Assembly (NCBI RefSeq): GCF_020745735.1 | Contig: NC_083453.1 | Location: 17,615,849-17,679,848 of the forward strand | DNA from: Hemiscyllium ocellatum | Taxonomy: Eukaryota | Direction of reading: 5' to 3' | Length of the DNA: 64,000 bases | Part shown: piece by piece, positions 53,299 through 64,000 of the stretch | Numbering within the stretch: the first letter of the stretch is position 1 | Layout of the letters: every line of letters begins with the position of its first letter | Program-made: the position numbers and the translations under genes | The notes under the pieces: generated by a model | Told to the model about the DNA's origin: nothing | Seen by the model: only the letters and a program-made list of their open reading frames with translations | Database searches by the model: none

Positions 53299-54804
53299 AT
53301 TCTCTGTTGGTGCGAGTCTCTGTCTATTGCAAATTCTTCTGCACTCTTTAAAGTTTAATAACATCCTTTCTATAGCAAGGTGACCAAACCTGAACATAAT
53401 ACTCCAAGTGTGTCCTCGCCAACGTCCTGTACAACTGCAACTTAACCTCCTGACTTCTACACTCAAAGCCATGTCTGATGAAGGCCAGTGTACCAAAGAC
53501 CTTCTTCACTGACCTATCTGCCTGTGACTCTAAAGAGGATTGATAGACCGGTGGATGTGATCTCTATGTACTCCAGTACGGCGCTTGATAAGGTTCCCCA
53601 TGGGAGACTGGTCAGCAAGGTTAGATCTCATGGAATACAGGGAGAACGAGCCATTTGGATACAGAACTGGCTCAAAGGTAGTAGACAGAGGGTGGTGGTG
53701 GAGGGTTGCTTTGCAGACTGGAGCCTGTGACCAGAGGAGTGCCACAAGATCAGTGCTGGGTCCACTACATTTTGTCATTTATATCGATGATTTGGATGTT
53801 AACACTGGTGTTATAGTTAGTAAGTTTGCAGATGACACCAAAATTGGAGGTGCAGTGGACAGTGAAGTAGGTTATCTCAGAGCACAATGGGATCTTGATC
53901 AGATGGGCCAATGGGCTGAAGAGTGGCAGATGGAGTTTAATTCAGATAAATGTGAAGTGTTGCATTTTGGAAAGCCAATCATATCAGGACTTATACACTT
54001 AATGGTAAGGTCCTGGGGAGAGTAGCTGAGCAAAGAGACCTTGGAGTACAGGTTCATTGCTCCATGAAATTAGAGTCACAGATAGATAGGATAGTGAAGA
54101 AGGCATTTGGTGTGCCTTCCTTTATTGGTCAGAGTATTGAGTACAGGAGTTGGGAGGTCATGTTGCAGCTGCGCAGGACTGTGGTTCGGCCACTGTTGGA
54201 ATACTGTGTCCAATTCTGGTCTCCTCCTATCGGAAAGATGTTGTGAAACTTGAACGGGTTCAGAAAAGAAGGATGTTGCCAGGGTTGGAGAGTTTGAGCT
54301 GTAGGGAGAGGCTGAACAGGCAGAGGCAGCTTTTTCATGCAGAGGGTTGTGCGTGTATGGAACGAGCTGCCAGAGGAAGTGGTCGAGGCTGGTATAATTC
54401 CAGCATTGAAAAAGGTATCTGGATGGGTATATGAATAGGAAGGGTTCAGAGGGATATGGGCCAAGTGCTGGCAAATGGGCCCATTTGAGGTTGGGATATC
54501 TGGCCGGCATGGCCGAGTTGGACCGAAGAGTCTGTTTCCGTGCTGTACATCTCTATGAGTCTATGTCTCCACTTTCAGAGAACCATGCACCGGAACTCCA
54601 AGGTCCCTCTGTTCCACTACACTCCTTAAGGCCCCAGCATTCAACACGAAACTCCTACCTTGATCTGACTTTCCAAGATGCAAGACTCACACTTCCCTCC
54701 AATAACCTCAGCCCACTTCCCCAGCTGATCAAGGTCCTGTTGCAGTTTCTGATAACCTTCCTCAGTGTCCACCATCCCGCCTATTTTAGTCTCATCTGCA
54801 AAAT
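53299..54804. mobile_element. nested CR1s, spacer 3
   Basis: copy of spacer 2 at +11752. Confidence 0.88.
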
Positions 54805-56336
54805 TGTACTTCTTGCATTTAAAAAGATGTGAGCAAAATACTCACCAATGAATCACTTCCCCAGGTCACTGCAATGTCCCTTTTTATTTTCCTCAGGGTG
54901 CATGGGGGATTGGCGATGGGGGAGAGGGAGCATGCAACGTTTCACAGCACATTGATTGATCAAAACGGCGAGTTCGTTAATTTCCGGCTGGCAGACTGAC
55001 ACTTCCTTGGAGGCCTGCAGAGGTAGAAGACTCACAAGTGACTCACTAAAGATAGCAACTGGACTCAAAGGTTCAGACTTTATGCTACTTGAACGGGTCA
55101 TTGGGAGGCAGAGGAGAGGAGCACAGGTTTAAACAGGAAAAGAGGAACAAAAGGTTGAATGCTGGGCTGCTCTCCTTTTCCCTGTCTTCCTGTGAAATCA
55201 GGCCCCAAATTGCATGATCCAGAATGGGTTCAGATTTTTAAATAGATCACCCAGAAATAAATTCCAACCTGGGGTGTCTGCAGCACTACACGGGAGTAGC
55301 ACAGCACCCAGTCACTGCTGGCCTGGCTGGTGATTCTGCTCCCTCCTGAATGAATCACCAAAAATGGACGCTTTGGTTTTCCTTTGAACCCTTTCGAAAG
55401 GATTGGTTCCCCAAATCTATCAATCGACCTTCCAGCAGACATTGTGAGGCAACTCTAGAGCAAGTGAGACTGGCTCAGAGGTAGGGACAGTACCACTGAA
55501 CTACAACGTTTACAATTGATGCTGGCTGGGGAATAATGGGCGCTGGGAGCTGTCGTCAATTCGCCCATTTCACCAGTTGGTGGAGCCACTAGAACACAAT
55601 CCCCAGGAAACTGTGTGTCTGAGAAAGAGGAATCTTCCAAACGCCTGTTACACTCTGCTCTTTGTATCCTGTCAGCCTGAACAAGTAGCAAAACAGCTCA
55701 GTACTCCCAACTTTGTCAGCAAGGCTCACATTCAACTTCAATTCATACTGTCAACATCAGAAAACCGCTCAAACAGACAACTTTTTAAGCAATAAAGACA
55801 CATTTGTCGCTAAAAGGCAGCCTCTGGTTGGGCGGATCAACTTGTAAATGTTCAAAGCGGGCGGAGCTGGAGGGATGCCCAGAGTCTCTGAGGGTTGGAG
55901 GGAGCCCAGACAGGGAGAGGAAAAGTGGGTATTGTCCACAAGGAGTGCTATAACATGGAGAGGAGTGCGAGCCCCCCTTGGATCTGGGGGGTCCCGGGCA
56001 TTGAGTGAACAGGGACTGTTGGATGTGGGCAATGAGGGGGGCGGGGGGAGAATGGGTGACCGTTCAGGAGGGGACTGGGCTAGCAGCACACACTGCCGAG
56101 TTGAGGAAAGGCCTGAGACAGCTGATGACAGAGAGTGGGCGTCGTGTCTGGGAGGAGAGGGGGGGGGGGTGGGCTGGGCTCCGCAAACGGACCCGTTCCT
56201 CCTCCCCATCCCCCTTCCCAGCCCCCGGGGGCACAGGGTGGCGGCTTGTTCCTTCCCTCTGTCGGCTGCTTCATTCAGGGCGGCTCCTTGTCAGCTGCCA
56301 GTCCCTTGGCCAGCCCCCTCACACATCCCACTGGGA

Positions 56337-56344
56337 CATATAAG
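56337..56344 (+). promoter_or_regulatory. TATA box, copy 4
   Basis: CATATAAG. Confidence 0.7.
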
Positions 56345-56453
56345 CAGCCGGGACAGCCCTTAGCTCCACCGAGCCGTTCAGTTTCGGAGTGTGCTCTCTC
56401 TCTCTCTCTCTGTCTCTGAGTGTGGGTCTGTCCACCCCCTGAACAACCTCGAA

Positions 56454-59400
56454 ATGTCAAAGTCCATCATCACCACCACCACCACCAGCAGCAAAAGGAG
56501 CGGAGGGATAAGAACTGGAGGGAGCATGTATGGATCCGGGATGTCCTCCGGCCTCAATCGGTTGGGAAGCGGAGGGAGTTTTCAGACTTCCAGGCGTGCC
56601 CAAAGTGTGGTCCTGGGACCAACCCAGAGATTGTCAACCTCCCGATTCTCCACTGGCTCTCGGATGTCCAATATCGGATATAGCGGTGCTTTGGGCGGCG
56701 GCAGAATCAGTGCAATAGGAGGGGGCTCCAGCAGGATGGGCCTCGGGGGAATGGGGATTAGTTCCCAGGGACTGATCCAGAGAACCGCTGCCCTGGACCT
56801 GAACGCGCCTTTACCCCAAATCGACACCACTCAGAACATTGTCCGCTTGCAGGAGAGCCAGCAGCTCCAGGGACTCAACAACCAATTCGTTGATTTCCTT
56901 ACCAAGGTAATGCTCAGTGGGGTCCAGGCGGGTGGGTTTCTAACCTGGGGGCTCTCTGTGGGGGGTCTTTCCTCTCTTGTCTTCACTGTCTCTCCATCTC
57001 ACCCCCCCGCCAGGTTCGGCATTTGGAACAGGTCAATACTCAGCTGAGTATCAAACTGAAACTTCTGCAGGATCAAGGCGAATACAAATCCAACATCGAG
57101 AGTATGTTTCAGTCCTACATTGACAATCTCAAGAACCAACTGGACACACTTCGCAAAGAGAAGGAGAGGTTCGATGCCGAACTGCTCCAAATGCAAGGGC
57201 TGGTCGAGGATTACAAGAGCAGGTGAGTGAGCTGCTGCCGAACTTGGTCCCGGATCGGTTCGGAGGCGGGTTCCTGTCGGAACCAAACCAAATGCCAGCT
57301 GCAGAATGAGCTCCCTGTGCCAAACAGACACAATGTGGGCTGGGGGAACGGGCTGCAGAGTTGTTCTGCCGGTGCTACTGAACTGCACACGGCCGGGCTG
57401 TTTGTCATCTGGGAAACCCCGGCAGCGGGACTGATCCGGCTCAGAACATGGTTTGACAGGGGGAAAGGGGGGTCGAGTTGGTGGCGGCATGGGGAGGCGA
57501 AGGATAGCGGGGACACAGACAACCAGGGAGTGTGATAGGGACGGGGCAGAAAGACTTGAGCCTCGGTAAAACAATCTCTTTCATTCCAGATACGAAGATG
57601 AAATCAACAAGCGCACAGAGATGGAAAATGAGTTTGTCCTGGTCAAGAAGGTGAATGTTACAAAGCCACAGGCTCCACTTCTCCGTTTGTGGGCACCTTT
57701 GGTCAGTTTTATCCAAGTCTTTTCTCTCTGTGCCCTTTAGGATGTCGATGACTCGTACATGAGTAAGGTGGAGCTGGAAGCGAAACTGGAAGCTCTGACC
57801 GATGAAATTGAATTCCTGCGGAGTATCTATGAAGAGGTAAATATCTGCCTTGTCCCACCAGCACTCCTTTTCCCAATCTTCTCTCCATTCAAGTCTCATG
57901 CAATGTAACCCGAATGGTTTCCAATCACCTTCCAATCTTTCTCCCCGTGTCCTTCCCCTCCCCCCGGCCGTCTGTAGGAACTCCGGGAGCTCCAGGCTCA
58001 GATCCAGAATACATGTGTCAACGTGCAATTGGAGGGTGGTCCCAGGTTCAATGCGCAGGAGATCTTAGACATGGCCAGGAAACAGTATGAAGCTTGTGCC
58101 CAGCAAGGCCGCGAAGATGCGGAAGTTTGGAAACGGACCAAGGTGAAGCTTCCTATTCTTTGGCCCATCTTTCTGACTCGGGCAGGAGCGTGAACTGTGG
58201 GACTAACTCGTTGTCAATATCTGTTTGCAGATGCAGGAACTGTCCATGGCGGCTGGACAAAGTGGCGATGATATCAGTGTGCTGAAGTCAGAGATAAGGC
58301 AGACAACAGAGCAGATCCGGAGAATGAATGGAGACATTGACAACCTGAAAAAAGAGGTAGGTACAAGTCTAAAATCAATCTGAACATTGAAAAACACCTT
58401 TAACCACCTCTCTCTCTCCCTGTCTGTCTCTCTGTCTTCACTCCCTGTCTCACACCATCCAAAAAGCAATCATTCGTTCAGAAGCGATTGAAGGGTCGGC
58501 TGAATGCAGTCCATTTCTAACCGCCTTGGGGGGGGGGGGGGGGGGCGGTCTCACTGTTGTCTTTCCCGATGGGAATGTGTTGCTGGTCAGTCAGCAATCC
58601 ACACCGTCCCGCTTTTCCCAAATCATGGGGAGGAGGGCGAGCCTTTTTGTTTTGCCAAAGTCTGGCTCGGAGCACTCGGGCTGAGCCTCAAACACTGAAG
58701 GAACTGACCAAATGAATCTTGATGTTCCTCAGCGTGTGAGACTGGAGGAAGCAATCCGGGAAGCGGAGGACCGCGGGGACATGTCTCTGAAAGACTGTAA
58801 GCTTCAGATTTCGAAACTGGAAGATGCCATCTGCAAAGCTCAGCATGAACTTTCCGCACAATGCAAGGAATACGAACACCTGATGGGCATCAAGCTGGCA
58901 CTGGACATTGAGATCAACACCTACATGAAAATACTGGACACAGAGGAGACGAGGTAAGATCAGGGGTACTTGCTAATCGCAGCCATCACATGGAGTCCTG
59001 TGCAGGCAAATTCCAGTCTGCACTTGCAGTTGACTGGGAACTCTGATCCCTGAGAATGGAATGAGATGGAATGCAGGCAGTGTGAAGGTGATGGTGGTTG
59101 TACAGTCAGTGACTGACCTTCAGGTCCCACTGAAAGGTCAGGACCCCCACTCCTCACCCTCCAATTACTTGCTGGCATCTACTCCCTGTGGCAACAGTAA
59201 CGACTGGGCACTTTGCCCAAGGGCAAGGGGCCTGACTGTGCCCATTCAGAAGTGTAGCCCAGGAGATGTGAGTGTCCCTGGGAGAGGGAGATACCTGAGG
59301 AAACAGAGGGAAGTCTGACTGTGATTTCCTGTCATTGCCTGTTATAATCTGAGAATGTTTCCTTTCTCAACAGGATGGCAACTGGGGTAAAGACCCTCAA

Positions 59401-60085
59401 CATCCAGCAAGTACAGAGCCAAGGTAAGAGAATTGCCCTTTTCTCCTTTGATCAAGAAAGTTCTGGGGAAGAGCTTAAAATCTAATTGAAAACTGGGAAA
59501 TTCTGGAACAGATGCTGGAAGCTCCTCATAAATGGAAATGCAAATAAATAAATTGTCTATTTCAAATTTGACCTTTGTCACTTCGTGCACGTTTGCTCAA
59601 GAGGCATCAAAGGTTAACCCAACCTCCTAATCAAGGTTTCTCCATTCACAAAGACTGCTAGTTTAGCTGTGTGTTTCCACAATCTTCTGTTAAAACAATA
59701 GTTTATTTTACTTGTCAATCCTGATTCTATGGTAAGTCACAAGATAAAACCTTATTTAATATTCATCCATGTATCAATTTGTATTGATAGTTCTTCAATT
59801 TGATTAACTGTAATAACCAATGTAGATTTTTAAAAGGTATTTTCTGAAGATGATCAGTTTTGACACAAGAGTAAACGGTTGTGTATTGAAGAGTGTTTCC
59901 TTTTGCTTTCAGGTGATTTTTCATCATTTGGTGCAATGTCATCTGGAATTACTCCATTTGCGGGTGCTAGTGCATATGAAACCTCCTTAACCTCTTCATC
60001 AAGCTTGAAACCTCCTCTGTTTGTGAAGAAAATTGAGACGAAGGATGGAAGGACAATTTCTTCATCTGTAACGCCCTTGAACTAG
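56454..60085 (+). CDS. type II keratin (keratin-8-like), copy 4, with distinct K8-type tail; 9 exons, 517 aa
   Basis: exons 56454-56906, 57014-57222, 57590-57650, 57741-57836, 57978-58142, 58231-58356, 58733-58953, 59374-59423, 59913-60085; last exon is phase 1 after ttttgctttcag and encodes [12 protein letters not shown]...[23 protein letters not shown]. Confidence 0.92.
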
Positions 60086-60680
60086 CGGGGAGGAAAGCAT
60101 TCTATCCAGTATTTGTCTCACATCTCAATACAAATAATTTTCATCTGTCATCCAAGCCTTCGATTTCAATTCTAATAATCCTAGTTTTGCATGTTTGGGG
60201 TACCTTCTTAAAATACTAACACTGGTGAACTTCCAAAGCTACAGTCCTTTTCAGCCTTCAGGCCTTTGTCAGTGATGAATTTGCCTCAATCTATTCACCT
60301 TCACAAACCGTATTGATCAATCTGCCATATACTTACACTACGTTATGTATAACTGTGACATGCAATATCAGTTGCTGTTTCTCAGATTATTTTTGGTTAC
60401 TTTACCCATTGCCTGACATTATAAGTTTTGCATCATGAAAAATCAAGTGTGTGCACACAATTTGGAATTAACTGGTGGGAATGGCTCACTAATTCTTTGT
60501 TGTCACTGACTAAAGTCTTGAAAGGTATCCAACTTCTAAAAGGCTCATCGTTGGGTTTAACAGGAAACAATTATTGGGTTCTTTAAGAAAGACACCAATG
60601 TTTTCTGTTCAGAACTGTTTCGTATTGTGTAACTTCTTGTACCAGATAATTTTCTTTTCATCACAGTCTGTGATATACTG

Positions 60681-60686
60681 AATAAA
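60681..60686 (+). terminator. polyadenylation signal AATAAA, copy 4
   Basis: ~600 nt after the stop, followed by a T/GT-rich tract; upstream context resembles that of 25020. Confidence 0.6.
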
Positions 60687-61854
60687 TTTGTTTTCTGCAA
60701 TTCAAAATTGTTCTTTCATTGTGTTCTGCATATTGACATCCTTATCTATTGCATAGAACATAGAATCCCTACAGGATGGAAGGAGGCCATTCAGCTCATC
60801 GAGTACACACTGACCTTACTTTTTGTTTCAACATTTCCAACACTGTTAATCTCCATCTTCTAACAGAGCAAAGGTGTTGAGGCTTTCTCTAAGTCCCTTA
60901 AGTGTAAAACATCAATCTTCTCCAGACATCCAAAGGCACCAGTGTAATTGCCAGTTTACAATCACCAGAAAAACAATCTAATTTTCTCTCTTCCAGGCAG
61001 GTCAAAGAGTGCAAGGCATGATAAAAAAAAAAGTCCTGGCTTGTCCTGATGATGATATTCACCATATTTTTAAATTTCTGGCACTTCATGGGGTTTCAAA
61101 AAAATTCCCAGTCATTTCTGTTTAGATATATATAAAAAAACGTATTTGTCAGTTCTTTTACTGTTGTCTCATACCTAGTCTTATAACATCGCACTTAATC
61201 AATTCTATCAAAGCAAGACAAAAGCAATTCAGAACTCAAATGTTATGGAACATAGAAAACAAATTAAGGAACGAAGCTCGAAAATGATTATAAAAATAAA
61301 TAAATCAGATTTTGAATTCTCAAACTTAATTTCAAGCAAGTTACATACATAGGATATGTAAATCTACTCAATTATTACACCACAGTTAGATAGCATTTCT
61401 CAATAGCAATCCCAGTAGTTTTATTTTATCAACATAAAAAACAAATATGCGTTATTCTTTCCTTAGTTGAAATGTTCGCGTGGGTTTCAATTTTACTAAA
61501 TTATTTCAACCTAGCTGGAAGATGAATGGGAATTATTGAGGCTCCTCCCTGTTCGCCGCTACCGTTATCAAACACACTCGTCATCACACTTAAGTCCAGC
61601 CATAGGTAAAACAAATTATCCAATAGCAAGGGCCATCATGTTAATGACTCATAAAAATGGCACCTATGACAGTGCAGCATTCCCTCAGAGTATGTGCCTG
61701 ATGCTCTGAACCTGTTATCTGTTAAATTTGGGAGTGGATCCATCGAGCTTACTGTTGCATATAACATTCCGCGCAGGGGCTTTTCTATTTTGTTTTTTTT
61801 ACAAAGTCAGTGCCCTAAACTGAGGAAACTCTAAATCTCCTGGTTATATATACA

Positions 61855-62215
61855 CTTTTCCTTTTTTTTCCTGTTTTTTACCCCCACACGACTGCCTAAC
61901 TGCAGTGGTGCTTATATTTTACCCAGTACCCATGTTGTGTGTGTGCACGTGTGAGACTCAACGAAAGACAACAGGTCTATAAATCTTTATTCAATTTCCA
62001 CCAACAGGAAGATAGGAAACACCCGAGTGGCCAGTAACAACGGTGCCCTTCTCATCAAAGGGCAATGCTGTGTGATCAAACAATGAATGGGAGGGCAGGG
62101 ATTAAATCAAAATAGAGTTAGAGGGGGAAATAATACACTCCACTCCCTGCGGTGCCCACCTTTCCCTGACAGCTCAAGGGTGGTGGTGGACACCATATGC
62201 TCCTTCTCTGACAAA
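61855..62215 (-). mobile_element. Tx1/L1-clade LINE 3' end
   Basis: collinear with 6925-7280; a further short piece lies at ~62570-62640. Confidence 0.75.
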
Positions 62216-62654
62216 ACTGCAGAAGAGGGGCAGGCAATCACCCATAATGACCACCTCCACGGTCATTTATGGCCAGTTTGGCCAGGGTAGAGACCTTTCT
62301 ATTTGTAACTGTGTCAGTAGGTCTCAATATGGCACATGCTCGTTAGCCAGCTTTTGTCTCAGAACCTGGACATTCTACATACTGTTATACCTAAATGGCA
62401 GAAATGGATGTATGTGCTGGTAGAAAATCAATTAGTAAAATCAAATTTTATGGTTCAGTGAGGTCCACACATCTGACAATACATATCTGCTTAGCAATAA
62501 AGAAGATGGAAATAAATATGTTCATTTTGAAATCCTAGAATAAACAGTTCATTTTCTCCCCCCCAAGACAGTGACAAGCTGTGCCCTTCTCAACAAAGGG
62601 CAATGCTGCATGATCAAACAGTGAATGGGAGGGCAGGGAGTAGAATAATCAGTA

Positions 62655-64000
62655 TATTGATGAAAGTGGTATAACATTAGCTACTCTCCAATCCTCAGGT
62701 ACCGATCCCGAATCTATCGAATTCTGGAAAATCATCACCAACGCATCCACGATTTCTCGAGCCACCTCCTTCAGTACCCTGAGATGTAGACCATCAGGCC
62801 CCGGGGACTTATCAACCTTTAGACCTAACAGTCTCTCCAACACCAATTCCTGGCAAATACAGATACCCTTAAGTTCAGGTCCTTCAGTCACTGTTACCTC
62901 AGGGAGATTGCTTGTGTCTTCCCCAGTGAATACAGATCTGAAGTACCCATTTAATTCTTCTGCCATTTCTTTGTTCCCTGTAATATATTCCCCTGTTTCC
63001 TGTCTTCAAGGGCCCAACCATTTTTTTGCCTTGCACATACTTGAAAAAGCTTTTACTATCCTCCTTTATATTATTGGCCAGTTTACCTTCGTACCTCATT
63101 TTTCCTCTGCGTATTTCCTTCTTAGTAATCCTCTGTTGTTCTTTAAAAGCTTCCCAGTCCTCTGTTTTCCGACTTAACTTTGCTATGCTATACTTGTTCT
63201 CTTTTAACTTTATATGTTTCTTAACTTCCCTCGTCAGCCACAGCAGCCCATGCCTCCTCCTGGGATTTTTCTTCCTTTTAGGAATGAACTGATCCTGCAA
63301 CTTCTGCATTATACACAGAAAAACCCGCCATTGCTCCACCACGGTCATCCCTGCTAAGGTATTGCACCATTGAACTTTGGCCAGCTCCTCCCTCATAGCT
63401 CCATAGTTCCCTTTATTCAACAGAAGTACTGTCACATCCGACTGTACCCTCTCCCTCTCAAATTGCAGGTTGAAACTTATTGTACTATGGTCACTACTTC
63501 CCAATGGCTCCTTCACTTCAAGGTCTGACCAATTCTGGTTCATTACACAATACCAAATCCAGAATTGCCTTCTCTCTGGTCGGCTCCAGCACCAGCTGCT
63601 CTAAGAATTCATCTCTGAGGCACTCCACAAAGTCTCTTTCTTGAGGTCCAATACCATCCTGATTCTCCCAGTCTACCTGCATGTTAAAATCCCCCATAAC
63701 AACTGTAGTAACATCTTTACTACAGGTCAATTTCAGCTCCTGATTCAACCTACATCCGACATCCAGACTACTGTTTGGGGGCCTGTAGATGACTCCCAAG
63801 AGGGTCTTTTTACCCTTAGTATTTCACAGCTCTATCCACACTGACTCTACATCCCCTGACTCTAGGTCCCCCCACGCAAGGGACTGAATATCCTCCCTTA
63901 CCAACAAGGCCACTCCACCCCCTCTGCCCGTCAGTCTGTCCTTACGATAGCACGTGTAGCCTTGAATATTCATTTCCCAGGCCCTGTCCACTTGAAGCCA
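62655..64000 (-). mobile_element. CR1 LINE ORF2 (endonuclease to start of RT), frameshifted
   Basis: GVIYRPPNS, VMGDFN, EPTREKAILDLVL, LGSSDH, SKSFFKYV, KSPGPDGLHLRVLKE, PEDWRVANVIP. Confidence 0.92.

Larger units (their letters stand above)
20825..59433 (+). repeat. tandem segmental array, ~3.3 units, period 11,852 then 11,752 bp
   Basis: ORF track recurs at +11852/+11752/+11752; homology begins at ccgcaaacggacccg (20825, 32677, 44429, 56181) and ends 10 nt into intron 8 of copy 4. Confidence 0.97.

Overview
Eukaryotic, TE-rich DNA. The tRNA-derived HE1-type SINEs, CR1 LINEs and Penelope-type repeats point to a cartilaginous fish, probably a shark (inference). Bases 1-20.8 kb are a nest of decayed mobile elements: a Gypsy pol with its 3' LTR, a Gmr1/SCAN-type gag relic, CR1, Tx1-like and Rex1/Babar LINE pieces, SINEs, Penelope-derived fold-backs carrying minimal hammerhead ribozyme motifs, and a 41 x 53-bp minisatellite grown inside a SINE. 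Bases 20.8-60.7 kb hold a head-to-tail array of four intact, compact, 9-exon type II (keratin-8-like) keratin genes with an ~11.75-11.85 kb period. Each spacer contains a ~3.5 kb 24/22-bp minisatellite and nested CR1 fragments. Promoter through exon 8 is nearly identical in all four genes. Copy 1 has a unique upstream region. Copy 4 has a different, distantly homologous last exon and 3' UTR with a K8-type 'VKKIETKDG' tail. The layout is A - hybrid - hybrid - B, which suggests two old paralogues homogenised by gene conversion and then expanded by unequal crossover. The protein is unusual: coil 1B is K8-like, but both helix boundary motifs are diverged and five cysteines sit in the L12/coil 2 half of the rod. 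The window ends in Tx1-like and CR1 fragments.
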